Shown here: one piece after another, positions 17,274 through 59,264 of the stretch
Position numbering within the stretch: position 1 is the first letter of the stretch
Layout of the letters: each line of letters begins with the position of its first letter
Assembly: GCF_009914755.1 (NCBI RefSeq)
Contig: NC_060926.1
DNA length: 64,000 nt
Direction: 5' to 3' (one strand)
Source: the human T2T-CHM13v2.0 reference genome, Homo sapiens
The notes under the pieces: generated by a model
Seen by the model: the letters and a program-made list of their open reading frames with translations, nothing else
What the model was told of the DNA's origin: nothing
Database searches by the model: none
Position numbers and translations under genes: made by a program

Positions 17274-20200
17274 GAGATTGAAGGAGTCACCATTGTTGGG
17301 GGGGGTCTAAGAAGGACATGCCCCCCCCACTCCTCCCCAACCCACTTCTGTGCTGGGAGGGACCTAAAGTCCCATCCATCTCTGAGAGACCCAAGATGGA
17401 GCACCTGCCCCTGGACGGGGTGCAGGGGGCCCCTTTGTCCACCGCTGCTGGGACCCTGTGCCCAACCATCATTGGCTGTTTAGGGGTAGGAGGGCGCCAG
17501 CCCGGGGAGGGTCTGGGAAGGGAGAAACAAGAGGGAACTGGGGTGGGAAGTGGGGGATGAGCGGGGGAGGGATGCGGGGGAGGGGTGCGCTCCTGCCATT
17601 AGTGCTTTTTTCAGTTTCCATAAAAAGATTATTCTGTAAAATCAGCGAGGGGGAGCAAGCTGGGGGCCGGGGAGGGGGGTGGGTCCCTGGCACCAAGCTG
17701 GATAGGGCGACAGGGGAGGAGAGCCGGGGACAGGGACCGAGTGTGGAGAGAAATTTGGATGGGCTTCAGGAGCCAGCCGAGGGGGAAAGGCTGAGCCAAG
17801 AACACAGACTTGGGGGAGGCTGGCCAGGACAGGGTGGGGTGGGGGCAGAGCCCTCATCTCCCTCCAGTCCCCTAGGCCAGGCTGCCAGGGGGCCCAGTCC
17901 CACCTCCATCTCAATCCCCTCCCCCTGGCACTTAGCAGCCATTATCGGGGGAGCAGATTGCAGCCCCCTCCCCCTCTCTGGGAAGCAGGCACAGCTGGGG
18001 CCCCACCACATCTGCTGCATCCGCACGGAGCACAGCTGGGTGTGCCCAGAGCTGCACTCCCCAAAACACAAAGGGGGTGGAAAGGGGTGGGTGGGGGCCA
18101 AGGAGAGCCCAGACCCCTGAGACAGACACACTGACACCTCTGCCAACAGACACATACTCCTTGAGGCGAAGCTACACCCACTGACACACGCTCCCTCGTG
18201 TGCAGAGACGGGAGAACTGGCAAACATGCAATTACCCGGCCCCGCCTGCCACCCCCGCTCCCCTTCCCCAGCCCCTCCTGCTCCCCTTCCTTCCCTGAGG
18301 CTCCCCTCTGCCGCCATGGCCACCTCTGAACTGCCCTGGGCTCTGGTGTGGAGGGAGTGGGGGACCTCACACACCCCAAGTACATCCTGGGAGGCTCAGA
18401 GAGCAGGAGGGCAGGGGGTGGTGAGGGGTGTCTGAGTTCAAGGGGTGATCTCTGGGAAGCCATCTGCCCTCCTTCCAAGCCCACACCCCTCCCCATGAAG
18501 AAGCCCCCTCTGAAATTGATCTTTGCCACAGCCTGGGCACTACAAGGTCTCGGTGCCAGCGCTGATCGCTGCGGCACCCTTGTGCTCCACTGGCCACCTC
18601 AAGGGGGTGCTGTGTGTTCTCAGTCTAGCCTTCAGCTCAGCTGCTAGGGTTGGCCCCTGCCACTGCCCCCACCCCCAAATCCGCCCGTTCTCGATCCTCG
18701 GTAGTGCGTCCCTCTGCTGCCCCTGACATGCATGGGGTGTGGGGGGCGGGGGCTCTGTCAATGGCAGAAAAGTCCCCCTCTCCTAGGACAGAGGAGAGAA
18801 GGATCAGGAATTCCTTCTCTCCTCTCCCCGTCGATGACCACCTCTTGGCCCCTGATGAAACCCTGCCGTCTTCACAGCCCTCACTTTTCCCACTTATCTC
18901 CTTGGCCCTAGTGTCTTGCCCTCAACCTTCTCCTCCCTGCCCCACCCCCCAATTCCCACACCGCTCCCCACATGCCCCTCGGAGCTCTAATCCCTCCTGC
19001 TGCTGTGCCGCCTTATCTGCTCCCAGCAGCTTTCGCTGCTGCAAAGCCCTCTCCCCCTCCTTCCTCAGCTCTCTCCGCTCTCTGACCAGCACCCCCTCCC
19101 GGCCAGCCTGTCTCTGCCACTCAGGCCCCCGCTGTGGCTACTGGCTGACACCGCCTCTGTACCCCATGCCCTTTGCCCTCTGCAGCCTCAGCTCCGAGGT
19201 TGTCGGCTGCACACCCACTCCCACGATGGCTGCGTCCATCCCAGCCCTCCCCCGCAGGCCCCACAGACTTTGTTAGTTTCTGGCCAGCCAGGATTTTTCA
19301 TCTTCCTGCCCTCCCTTTCCTGGTGTCTTCCCCACTTCCTCCTGATGCCCCCATCCCATCTTGGACCTGGTGTCCTTATAGTCCCAGGGACCCGTTGCCT
19401 TGGCTTGGGAGTACCCGAAAGGAGATGGGAAGTGTTGGTATGAAACTCGGGAGAAGGTGCTGGGCTGGGTTGGCCCTAGAAAGATGGGGTGGGGGTGCAA
19501 GGAGTACTGGCGGACAGTGGGGGCAGGGCCTGGCGGTGGGACGCTAACCCTCTTCAGTCGCCTCAGATCACGTTCGGGACTCCCCACCCCCCTTCTCTGG
19601 GACTCTCATTAACCGCTTCTCCTGCCTCGTCCGCGGCATAAATAACCCAGATAAATCAGCCGCCGTCCGCCCCCCGCCCCTCGGCCCCTGCACAGCCCGT
19701 TTGTCACCGCTGTGTGCTCACCAGCCAGGCCTGGACCAGCCCGGCCCCAGCCCCCCCATCCTTGTCCCTTACCGCCCACATCTGTCCCACACTGGCTCAT
19801 CACTTGGTCCGCACCAGGGCCAGGTGTCTGGGCTGGGGAGGGTGTCCTCTGGGTGCAGGGGGAGGGAGGCTGGGCACCTTTTGGAGAATGCTGTCTAGGA
19901 GTTCAGGGGGTCACAGCATTTTTGAATGGGGCCAGCCAGGCAAGGAATCTGGGCATCAGCTTGGGGGTTCCTGTGCTTTGAGAAAGCACCCTTGGAACCC
20001 CCCAGGTTGGATCCTGGGAGGTCTCTGGGTCTGCCTTTGGGGCACTTTGCCCAAACAAAATCTCCATGCCTCCTCCCAGGAACCTTGAGCCAGAAACCCA
20101 CTGCTCTCCCTGTCTCTCCCCCCGACTGCATGCACTGCCCCCCCCCCACATTCTGCCCTGTTACCAAACCTCGTCCCAGTCCATCTACCACTCATTCTCA

Positions 20201-23200
20201 CTGTCAGGAAGCTCATCCCCTGGGGGGCGGAGGCAGGTGAATTGGACTGGGAATAAATCTGAGGAATGGGGACAACCAGAGAGCAAAGGAACCTGGGATG
20301 AGGCTTCACATTCTGACCCCGCAACACCCAGCTCCCCGGCACTCCCAGTCCAGGGTCCCTAACAGCCCTGCCCCCTTTGCTCACACCCAGCTCAGGGCCT
20401 GGCCAGCCACACTTGTCCCTGATGCCTCACTGCAAGGGGCAGCTGGTCCCCCGGGAGTGGGTGGGGGAAGCAGGGAGGGGTGGGGGAGCTTGGGCGCAGG
20501 GCCGGGGTGGGGGTGGGGAAGAAGCTGGGCCGGGCCCCAGGGACCAGCTGGGCAATGAGCCGGGGAAGCAGCCGGGAGGCTAAATGAGGGAGATTATCAC
20601 CCAACTGCAGCCGGGCAGAGAGGGAGGCAGGCAGGGAAGCGGGGAGAGGGAGGAGAGAGGGGACGGGGCCAGAGGCAAAGGGGGTATAGAGAGACAGGGA
20701 GGGGGCCAGAGGGCCTGGTGAGAAGCGGAGGGAAAGGTCAAGAGATGAGCTGGAAGTATGGGGGCACTCCCTCAGAACATCACCAGATTCCTGGAGATCT
20801 GGGAGACTGGAGGCTGGGGGCTTGGGGACAATTGGAGACAGCTGGCTGTGGGGCAGTGGTGGGGGTGTGCATGCAGCTAATTGCTGCTCCACTTCCTGGC
20901 AGCCTGGAGCTCCCCTCACAGCACCCCCCGCATGCCCCTTATACCCAGTTACCACCCGATTTCTTTCCTTATAGAGGTTGAAGGCATCCTGCCTACCCTC
21001 AGGAGGAAAGAGGATGTGATTTGTCTCATGATGGAGGCCAGTATGTTGTCGGGGAAGTGTGACCCCAAGATCTCAATAGATGGTGGGTGAATTTAGAGAT
21101 ATGTATGCACTCCAGGGTAGCAACAAGTGCTGCGGAGAGTTTGGGGGGCAGTTTCCCGCTTTCTTGGCAAAGCCCCAGACTAAAGTAACCTTAAAAAGCA
21201 ATTAAATCACCTTTTAAAAAAAACAGTAAAGAAAAATCAATATTAGGAGAAAGGAGAAGAGAGAGAAGGATGGGGAGGAACAGTGGGGGGAGTTCTGGAA
21301 AGGTTTGGAAGTCTACCAGGGAGGGGAGAGCATAGGAGGCGGCTGCCTGGGCATGGGACAGAGAGAGGGGGCTGTCTGTGGTCACTTGGCCACTTTCAGT
21401 GCTAACTCAGCGGCTTTGTCCAATGCCAATCCCACTTTCCCTTCTGGGACACTATGTCCCAGCCAGATGCATCACCCTGCCCCAGGGGTCTTATCTTCCC
21501 AGCTTGGGGAACCAGCTGACCCAGACTCATTGGAGGCTTGTGGGGAAGCCCAGCTGTGGGGTCCCTGGGGAAGCCACTTTGCCTAAAGGCTAGGGACAAC
21601 CTAAGCAGGGCACCACGCATGGTCAGGGCTGGGTGTGTGGGCAGGCTCCATGCTGGGGTGACCCTGATGGGGCCTGACCTGGCCTTGCAGCCAGGGTGGG
21701 CAAAGTGGCTTCCAGCTGCTAAGGGAGCCATCCCTAGGCCCCTCCCCTGGGGCCAGGCAGAGGCTGCGGGGCCAGGCCTGACGCAGGGGGCGGGGTGGCC
21801 GTTGGGCAGCGGGTGGACCTCGGGCTCTAATCCCCAGCAGCTGCCGTTTCCCTCAGATCGATTCCTTTCTCACTTTTTTTCTCAGCTGCTGGTTCTGCGG
21901 CTTGGATCGATGGAGCCACCTCCCCCCGCCCGTCCACGCTTCCTCTCCCTGCTGCTCATTAGCGCCCCGATTAATCAGCCCCCCTTTCCTCCCGGGGACA
22001 AGGGCTTCCTCCCCCGTGAGGGCACATGCTGTCGGATGGGGCCCCAGAGCACAAGCACTGATTCTTGCCACCCCCACCCTGGGGGCATGGATGCATCCCC
22101 TCCTGGCCAGTCAACTGAGGCTCCCACCCCCACCTATGATGATGGCCCACATGCCTGTTCCCCTCCACGAGAACACAGCAGACCCCTTAGGGCTCTCCTG
22201 CCCCACTCTGCCAGGCACCCCTCAAACCCCTTTCTTTAGGAGAGCATTCGCTCCCATTGACGCCCAGCACATCTTCCTGCTCCCTTCCACGCCCCCACTG
22301 GGGCTCTTCCTCTCCCTCCATTGCATGCCCTGTCCCCCTACATATAGAGCACCCCCGAAGCACACCTCCCCTTTGCTCCCTGGCTTGCTTACCCAACAGC
22401 CCTCCCCCGAAGCCTGGTTGTGGCAAGGGATTTGGGGAACATTTGGGGAAGCAAAGTGGCCACAGATATGCAAGCTGGCCAGGGTGCTGTCTGTCCCAGA
22501 CATATGAATGACTGAGATTGGGGTTGGGGGCAAAATGAGGGTGAGGGCAGCCAGCCTCCCAGAGGGGGCAGGGGCATGGTGGGTGTTGAAGTCTGGAGCA
22601 AAGCTCCAGGGAAGCTGAGAATCTTGAAGTCACAGTTGTCCCCTGGTCTGTCTAGCCTGCCCTCCTCTGCCCCCCTCCCTCCGTCATTCAAACAAGTGGC
22701 TCTCTCAAGGAGTTTCTGGAAGCTGCTGTGAGTCGGGTAGTGGGATCAGGTGGTGGCTGGGTGCTGGAGTCAGGAGTCTCAGAGGCCAGGAGGTGGGGGG
22801 ATAGAGTTGGCTGACCCTTCATGGGGTGTGGGCCAGGAAAGTGGCAAAGAATGAGCTGAGGACCCTGGGCACGGCACCCTTCCCTGGGTGGCCAGGAAGT
22901 GGGGAGATCTGGGGACCCAGTGAGCGGCTAGGGTGCAGCAGGAGTTTGGGGGATAGCCCCAGTCTTGGGATCTCTGTCCTGGGCTGGGGACTGCCCCCTC
23001 CCCTGGCCTGGCTCCTGACGCCCGTGCTGCCGGTGAAACGCTGTTGACATGTCCTGAATTATTAAGCGTGGGGAGGGCTCCGGAGCACATGCTGAGCGGA
23101 GCGGCTGGGGCTGCGCGGCGTGGCGGAGCAGCGCTCGCTCCCTCGCTCACTCGCTCGCTCGCAGGGACACACGCAGGGGCTGACAGCTGTGCTGGTGCTG

Positions 23201-23469
23201 ATAAGGGAAGCCACAAGGAGACGATCGAGGAGAGAGACAAGCGGCAGCAGAGGCAGCAGCGGCAGAGGCAGCACCAGGGCTGCGGAGCTGCTGGGAGTGG
23301 GAGTGACTCCCCCACCTCGGGCCCCCACCCTGTCCCTGTCCTCTTCCCGCTTGCCCTGAGTTTAGAAGAGCAGCCGCTGCCACCACTGCCACTCGGGAGG
23401 GCACCAGGGCTGCTGGCTAGGGAGGGACAGGGCAGGGAGGCTCTGGCCAGTCCCAGCAGCCGGGGACAG

Positions 23470-46745
<23,276 letters not shown>

Positions 46746-47452
46746 GACGGTGCTGTGACTGAAAGGACCCAGGAGTCTGGGACCCCTCCTGGGATCCCCA
46801 GCACATTCTCCTGCTCCTGGGAGAGGCCTGGGGGCGGTGCTCACTGGGAGGGCCAGGACTCAGTTCCTGCTCTCATCCTCCCCTGCCCTGATGTCAGCTG
46901 CTTTGCACAAAGGTCCTTCTTGTCCACACCCCTTATCCCCAGGCTGGTGCCCCGGGAGGGCTGGAGACCAGGCCATGGGCCCTCACGGAGAGGAAGGGAA
47001 GGAAGGAGAGGGAGGGGGAGGATAGAGCCCATCCCAGCCGGGGAGGGGGAGCCCTCTGTACATTTGTAAATATTTAGGGAAAGCCGGGTGGGGGGAGGGG
47101 ATACAGATGTAGAAGGTGGGTAGGGCTACAGGGGTGGGTGATTTAGGGACAGCCAGGGTCCCAGCCCCAATGTCAGCAGGATAGGGAGAGCCCCAGGACT
47201 CAGGAGTGCTGGGCTGGTCCTACTTCCTGCCCCTCTCCAGGCCCAGCTCCCCTCTTGGCAGGGGGAGAGGATGGCCCAGCAGGCCTGGCCCAGCTCCCAG
47301 TTCCCCCTGCACCAGCCCCACCCCTAGAGTCCCTTCTATAGGGAGGGGGCAGGAGACCTTCCAGACTTCGGCTGAGCTTGGAGGGTGGGAAGGGAGCCTT
47401 CTCAGTCCTCTCTCCCTCCAGTCTGATTTTATAAAGTGCTGACGAGATTGGG

Positions 47453-47458
47453 AATAAA
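47453..47458 (+). terminator. ASIC4: ASIC4 polyadenylation signal AATAAA
   Basis: AATAAA followed by a TG-rich downstream element. Confidence 0.82.
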
Positions 47459-47667
47459 GAGGCATAAAGAATTCTCTGTGTGTATGTGTGACCAAGCACG
47501 CACTGGGGGCCGGGGTGAGGCTGGGCACATGCATGACTTGGTCCCGGGTGAAAGGAAAGGCAGGCCCCAGCAGGGGCAGGGGAGCCTGTGGTGCTCAGCC
47601 AGTCCTCCCTCCCCCACGCCTGCCTACCCTTTCAAAACCTCTGAATCACAAGTCCACACTTGGCCAG

Positions 47668-47673
47668 TTTATT
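47668..47673 (-). terminator. CHPF: CHPF polyadenylation signal AATAAA
   Basis: TTTATT on the + strand, about 410 nt past the CHPF stop. Confidence 0.82.
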
Positions 47674-48081
47674 AAAGGCAGGGAGCTTCGGCAGGGTCCA
47701 AAAGGGAGAAGTTGGGAGATGCCCCCTCCTCAGCTCCCTCCTTCCCCAACAACTCTTCTACAGCCCAGCCCCCAGGGCCCAGAGGCAGGGCTGGCGTCAG
47801 GCAGACTGTACTGCATAAATACGTGGAGGCCACAGCCCGAATCAGCAGCGTCAGGGGGCAGGGAAACTGGGTTTGGGATGAGAAGTGGGTGGCTCTGGGG
47901 GCACGTCCCCCAGTGCTTGTCCAGAGCCCAGGGACCCACAGAGCCAGAGAGGGGACCAGTGGGCCAGCTTGGGGTCTGGCTACGGCCAGCCCTGCCCAGC
48001 GAGGCTGGCAGGTGGCTCTGGTTTTGGGGGAGAAGTGGGGTGGGGTGTGGCCATGCCACGGCCCACGGGGACAGGGTGGGG

Positions 48082-51000
48082 TCAGGTGCTGTTGCCCTGC
48101 TCCTGTTCAAAGAGTAGCATGGCCAGCTGGGTTCGGGAGCCGAGGCCCTCAAGCACGCTCTGGAGGCAGCGGTGGTACAGGTCCTCACTGAGCCTCGCGC
48201 TGCACGTCTGGGCCCGGTAGCGCTGCAGCAGCGCCGGCTCCACCGCCCGCAGCACATGCAGACTGGAGAAGTGGAGGAACAGCTCGTACACATCCAGGCT
48301 CTCCAGCAGCTCCTCTTCTTGTTCTGAGGCTGCCGCCAGGCGCCCACGGGCTGCCACGTAGTCGGAGTTGTAGAAGCAGGCCTCGCTGGCTGCCTGGCGA
48401 TCAAAGCGGCCAGTGTCACGGCCCAGCTCTGGGGGCCCAGGCCCTTGTGGTGGGGCCACAGCTGGGTGGAAGGCTTGGAAATGCATGGGAAAGAAGGCCT
48501 GCCAGCCGGAGATGGCATGCATGCGGCAGCGGTTCAGGAAGTCAGGCGTGAGCACCGTGTCTGGCCCGGCCAGCAGGAACAGTGTGTCCAGCGGGTGCTT
48601 CTTGGAGAGTAGATCCATGAGGCGCAGTGGTGAGGGTGCGGCTGTCTGCACACTGAGCCATGGCACCCGGGCACCGGGGAAACGCCGCTCCAGCTCTGCC
48701 ACGTGGGCCTTGACAGGTGCGAAGACATCTGCATGGGCCACGCGCTGGGCCTGGCGCGGCTCATACAGTAGCAGCAGGGTCAGGGCTGCCGCAGCATCAC
48801 CAGGCTCCAGTGCTGCAGTGGCAAAGGCCTCCAAGAAGCCAGGGGCCAGGTCACGCTCAGCCGCAGCTAGAGGCAGCAGCACAGTGAGACGTGAGGCCTC
48901 AGTGACATAGGGCACAGGCAAGATCTCCACGCGGCTCAGCGGCCGGAGCAGCTGCACTCGGCGAGTGAGGGGCCGGCGGCCTCCCTGGGGGGTCAGTGCC
49001 TCCAGCTGCAAGTCCAGCGTGTATTCCATACCCCGGGCCGGATCAAAGCGTCGGTAGCCATTCACCAGCTGCTGCTTCTGGAGCCGCAAGGCCGGGTGGT
49101 AGCGGCGGTTCAGCTCCTCTAGAGCTGTCCCCAGAACATCGGCCACATCAGCCCGGTCAGCCCCACGCAGTGGGCAGCGGGGTGAGCCATCGGCGCAGGA
49201 GAAAGCGTGCTGCTCCGTGAAGTAGTCCCAGCGCAGCACCTCAAAGCGGGAGGCCGGGCGGGATGGTGCTGGAATACCCACGGGCCAAGCAGCTGCCCGG
49301 TCCCCATCAACGGCCAGATGGCTGGTATTCTGGATCTCCCACTGGATCAGAGAAACAGGCCATCAGCAAGGGACAGATTACAGGGAGCAGCACACAGCTG
49401 GGGGACTGGGTAGGCAGTAGGTGCCACTCAGGATGGGCCCCTCATCCCCTGCCAACCTCTGCCCATACCTATCATTTCCCCAGCATAGACAGCCAAGAGG
49501 CTCATCAGAGAATGTAGAAACAGGCAGGGGCTGGGAAGTAGTTTTGTTCTGTGATTCTAGTGCTAACTTGTCATTTCTCTGGGCTCTCTGTGACTTCTCA
49601 GATCCTGTCCCCGTCACTCTGCCACCCCCAGACCTAGACCATACCTGTAACTCCTGGATCTCCTGGTACGTGCGTTCCAGTTCAGCTCGGGCGAAAGCTT
49701 TGTGCAGCTGGTACATGTGCACAGGGTCACGCACAGGGTGGGCTGTCAGGGCACTTCGGAAATGAGGGTCCCCCTCCTGCACTGGCTCCCCAGGGCTCAG
49801 CTCCAGATGGCTATAGTGCACCCCCTGGGGAGAGGAAGGGAAGGGATCTGTGATGAGCTGGCATTGTCTTCCGTTGTCTCATAGTAAGTGTCTCATCTCC
49901 TCAGCCTATGACCTGTTGTGGACTTGCAGTCTGAGGGTTTAAGTCTACCTTGACCAGTTGTGAGTCTGTGTGACCTTCAGCATGCCTCCGCTAGCTCATC
50001 TGCGAAATGGGCATGCGTCCTGTCTCAGAGCTGTCCAAGGGCTAAAATAATAACTAACATCAAATGCCTATTATGTACAAGGCTCCCTGATTTTTTCTAA
50101 TCCTTGTAACAACCCCGAGCAATAATTATTTCCATTGGCACAAAGGAAGATACTGAAGCCCAGGATATTTAGTAATTTACTGGGGGTCACAGAGATAGAA
50201 AATAAATGTCCGAATGGGCATGGAAAAGCAGACCTGTATCTCCAACATCCCTTTGCCTCTCAGAGGGATTTGAACATGACAAGGAGGTATCAGTGGGATA
50301 GCTTATCATCCCACCTCGTGGTCACCAGTGCAGCCCACCCCGGTGGCATCGAGAATGCAGCGACCCAGCCACTCGTCAGGGCGCGCACTGACGATGTCGT
50401 TGCGGCAGCCTTCCAGGTGGGGGCGCAGTTGTTGCAGCAGCATGCGCGACAGCAGCACCCCAAAGCCTCCGTGGCAGTAGCGGCCGGGGGTGGGCTCTCC
50501 GCCGATGAAGTCCTGGGGCCGGCCCAGGTACAGGTGGGCGGCGGAGGCCAGGCTGAGGTGGCCAGTTAGGCGTGCCAGGCCGTGCGCCTCGGTGTAGGTG
50601 GTGTCAGGCACCAGGAAGAACCAGTCAAAGTCGTCGCCGTGCTGCTCCAGCAGGTGGCGCAGCGCCAGGTGCAGGTGTCCAATGGGTCGCTCCTCGCCCA
50701 GCGTCACCACTGCCATGCCAGGTGGGGCCCGGCGGCCCCGTGCGCCCGTCAGGAACACCACACGCTCCAGCCGGTGCCCCAGCGTGCGGTTCACGGCCAC
50801 GCCCAGCGTGGGCAGCGTGGTCTGAGAGGTCAGCACCGCCACCAGCAGCCTCTGCCTGATGCCCAGCTCCGTGCTGATGTAGCGGGTCCTAGGGGAGGAG
50901 ATGGCACAAGCTTATCAAAAAGACAACGGGGCGGGGGGTGGGGGGGAGGTGGTCAGCACAGACCCTGGCAGGTCACGTCTTCTCTGTATCTGTTCTCTCA

Positions 51001-52237
51001 CCTATGAATAGGTTAAAAATAAACCCTCTCTCCCAGGGGTCATGAGGATTTAAACGAAATGGTCTTAAACAGGTAGTGCTTTGCATTTGGGAGATGGCAA
51101 TACCCACCCAGATAGGAGAGAGATATTGTGGGTCTGACTCCGGGGTTCGCTACTTAGTAGTTATGTCCTTGAGCATGTTATTTAACCTGAGCCATCTGTA
51201 AAATGGGACTGATTATATCTGTTTAAAGCACCCAGCCAAACGCTGGACACACCATGTATCTACTCATTTCTATATAAATATGCCATTATGCCACAAATGC
51301 CTCACATAAATGACATAAAGGAACGTTTGGCATAGGGGTGTACTGAGTGTTTTTGCGGGGAGGGGCAAACTGCACTCAGGGGCTCTAGGAACTTACCTTT
51401 TGGTAAGGCAGAAGGTAAATTGCAGAACCAGCATTTGAACCCAATGTTACTTAGAAGTTATTTCAACTCATCAGCAGAGACATTAATGAGATAGGTACAT
51501 TCCTCCCTCCCCCATCTCACCCTGAGGTGGCCCTTGTAACCCACTCAGGAACAAGAGATCCAGGTAAATCCTAGTTCTCTCCTTTCTCTTCCCCTGTCTC
51601 TATACACTCACCCTATATATAAGTCATTTCTCTAACACCAGCAGCCCAGCCAGGGAGCTAGTAGGATCTCTGGGGCGCCATCGGGTCGAGCCGGTTTAGG
51701 ACACAGTCCAGTGAGTTCAGCCCAGGCCGGGATAGGGCCCAGAGAAAGTCTCGGACTGGCCCCACGGCTCTCGGGAAGGCAGGGCCATCGGAAGTTATCG
51801 GGGCCCAAAGACTTCCTGGCTCGCCAGCCCCTTCCTTCCGGAGCCTGACCCGGGCCCGGGCGACCTCCCCGCGCGCTTCCCGGCCGCTGCCCAGGGGGTA
51901 GAGCGGGCGCAGCCGATCACTACCTGACGGCCTTTTTGGCGGCCTGGCCGGGCTGTGCAGGGTGGTAGGGCAAGACGCGCGGCTCCCAATTCTCCCCGGC
52001 GCCTTCGCCGGCCCCGGGCTTCTCGCGCTCCGCTCCGGGCTGCACCGAGTTGGGCCGGCGCGCCGCGTTGGTGTTGCCGCGCGGCGGCAGCTCAGAGTCT
52101 CCAGGTTGGGGCGGGCCTGGGCCGCACGGCTCCTCCACCCAGGTGACGCTGAGCAGGCTCAGGGTGAAGCCCAGGGAGATGCCCACGGCCACGGGCCCTG
52201 CGGGCCGCAGCACCGACAGCAGCAGCGATGCCCGCAT
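48082..52237 (-). CDS. CHPF: Chondroitin polymerizing factor (chondroitin sulfate synthase 2), 775 aa
   Basis: Coding exons 52237-51924, 50888-50315, 49824-49645 and 49341-48082 total 2328 nt. Protein MRASLLLSVLRPAGPVAVGISLGFTLSLL...FEQEQGNST*. Confidence 0.97.
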
Positions 52238-52479
52238 GGCGCCCGGACCGCGGGTCCCCGGCCCCGGCGAACCCCCAGAGCAGCCAGAGGAGTCTCCGAG
52301 GGGGCGGGACCGGGGAGGGGGCGGATCCGGAGGGCTCGGGCCCCGCGGGCGGGCCCGCTCCCTCCCCGCAGAGCAGAGCCAGCGGCCCGAGCCGAATCCC
52401 CGGAGCCGCGCCTCGATTCCCCTCCAGCAGCTGCTCTGGGCTGCGCAGGGTTCTTGCGCTCGGCACTGGAGCCTCAGCC

Positions 52480-52770
52480 GCGGCCGCAGCTGTCCGACGT
52501 GTCACTGCAAGGGCCCCGCCCCCGGGGTGGGGTCTCGGGCTCTCGCTACCGGAGAGGGAGGAGAAGGGGGAGGTTAAAGGGGAAGGACCCCCGGAAGTGC
52601 CCCCTCCTCAGTGCAGGAGAGGGAGACGCCGGGGGCGGAGTCCCCTGCCTCCCGCGGCGTGGTTGGTGCGTCCCAGGTGACGTCAGAAGCAGCCCGCCCC
52701 TGCCTGGATGGTGCGCCCTGAGTGACGTCAGGAGCAGAGGCCGGAGCTGTCCATCAGCACCAAAGGCCGC
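52480..52770. promoter_or_regulatory. CHPF/TMEM198 bidirectional CpG-island promoter
   Basis: Lies between head-to-head genes; ETS CCGGAAGTG at 52591; perfect CREs TGACGTCA at 52678 and 52723; GC boxes. Confidence 0.8.
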
Positions 52771-53426
52771 GGGCGGGCTCAGGGCATGGGGCCGCGGTTC
52801 TGGGGCGGCCCGAGCCCCGGCTCCTGCGCCTTCCCCTTCCTCAGGCCCAGCCCGAGTTCCCGGACGCCGCGGGACTGGAGTGCCAGCCGGTGTTGGACGT
52901 GGAGCGGCGCCGCCACCGCGCCGACACCATTCTCTCCGGCCCAGCAGCCCCCTTCCTCGCACGACGGACTTTCCCTGGACCCCAGTCAGTTGGAGCCTCT
53001 GGCGCCCCGCAACCCCGGCCCCTCGGGCCTCTGCACAGCCTCTTTCACTCAGAAGCTCAGGTCGCCTCCAGCCCAGGTAAATCTTGGACAATCCCATATT
53101 GAGCCGCCCACAGATGAATCTCTTGGCTGCCTCCTTCTCACTGGCAGCACGCTCCCTTCATCCCCCCGACTCCCGTCCCTCTTTTAACTTCATCCCAGCC
53201 TCCACTAGCCAGGCACTTTTGTTTCCCTTTGTCTTTGCTCCCCACTCCAGAGATGCTTCCGGAGCTGCACAAATGTGGATACTATTCCTTTGTCCACTGT
53301 CCTTGCTGAGTTCTCCCAATCCCTCTCCCACCCCCATCCTGGTGGGGACCCAGGACTCCTCCGTGACCCCAACTTTCCCTCTGTCAGGTTAACTTGGGAG
53401 GGTGACTCCCTTCTATTCCCAGCACT

Positions 53427-58553
<5,127 letters not shown>

Positions 58554-59258
58554 CCATATCTGTCTGTCTAGACTCTGCAGTCACCAGCTCTGCCAGCTCG
58601 AGGAGGCCTGCTAGGCTGCCACTCAGCCTCCTGGCTTTGGCTGTCCCTCTCCCCAGCCTGGAGAGGGCTGGCCTGGTCACTAGAAGGGAGGATTGTCTCA
58701 GGCGAGTCTTGGCCTGAGAGGAAAGCCCCCTCCCAAGCTCCCAAGAGGCTCCTGAGGAACTCGGGGTGTGAACCCCATTGGGGTGTGCTCAGGGTTGTGA
58801 GTGTGTTGCCCGTGTGTCTGTGTGTATGTGTGTGGGGGTGGGCAGGCTTGGAGGGGACGCTGGGACCCTTGCCTTAGATTTCTGACTGGTAGGGTTTCTC
58901 CAGGCTCAGCCCCACCTCTTCACTCCCTGCCAAGGTCCCATGGGCCACCTCCTGCATGTCTCCGCGGAGGGGCTACCTTCCTTCCCATCGCCCTGCCTCG
59001 CAGCCAGACTCATCTAAGGGTTCTTGTCCTTGTCTATGGGGCAAACTGTAGCATCCCTCACCCTGGTCCCCTGGCCTCTGTAAAGCCACCAGCCTGAGGG
59101 CAGTGGCAGGAGATGGGGGTGGGGGGGTGCTGCTCTGGGCTGGGTTGGGAAGGGAGTTGGGGAGGGGTTTAAATGCACGGTGCATGTCTGGTGTCTGTCA
59201 TGCCAACCTAGACACCTCATGCTTCTGTCTCCCCCACCCCACTCTGTTTTACATCTTT

Positions 59259-59264
59259 TATAAA
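59259..59264 (+). terminator. TMEM198: Probable TMEM198 variant polyadenylation signal TATAAA
   Basis: No AATAAA seen in the 3' UTR; TATAAA has U-rich upstream sequence and lies before the OBSL1 3' end. Confidence 0.5.

Noticed and set aside
23185-23203. RE1-like sequence in ASIC4 exon 1 (minus strand ATCAGCACCAGCACAG)
   Set aside because: Left half-site only; the right half does not match GGACAG at the correct spacing.
51962-53187. 372-aa and other overlapping ORFs at the CHPF/TMEM198 promoter
   Set aside because: CpG-island artefacts, antisense to CHPF exon 1 or within the TMEM198 5' UTR.
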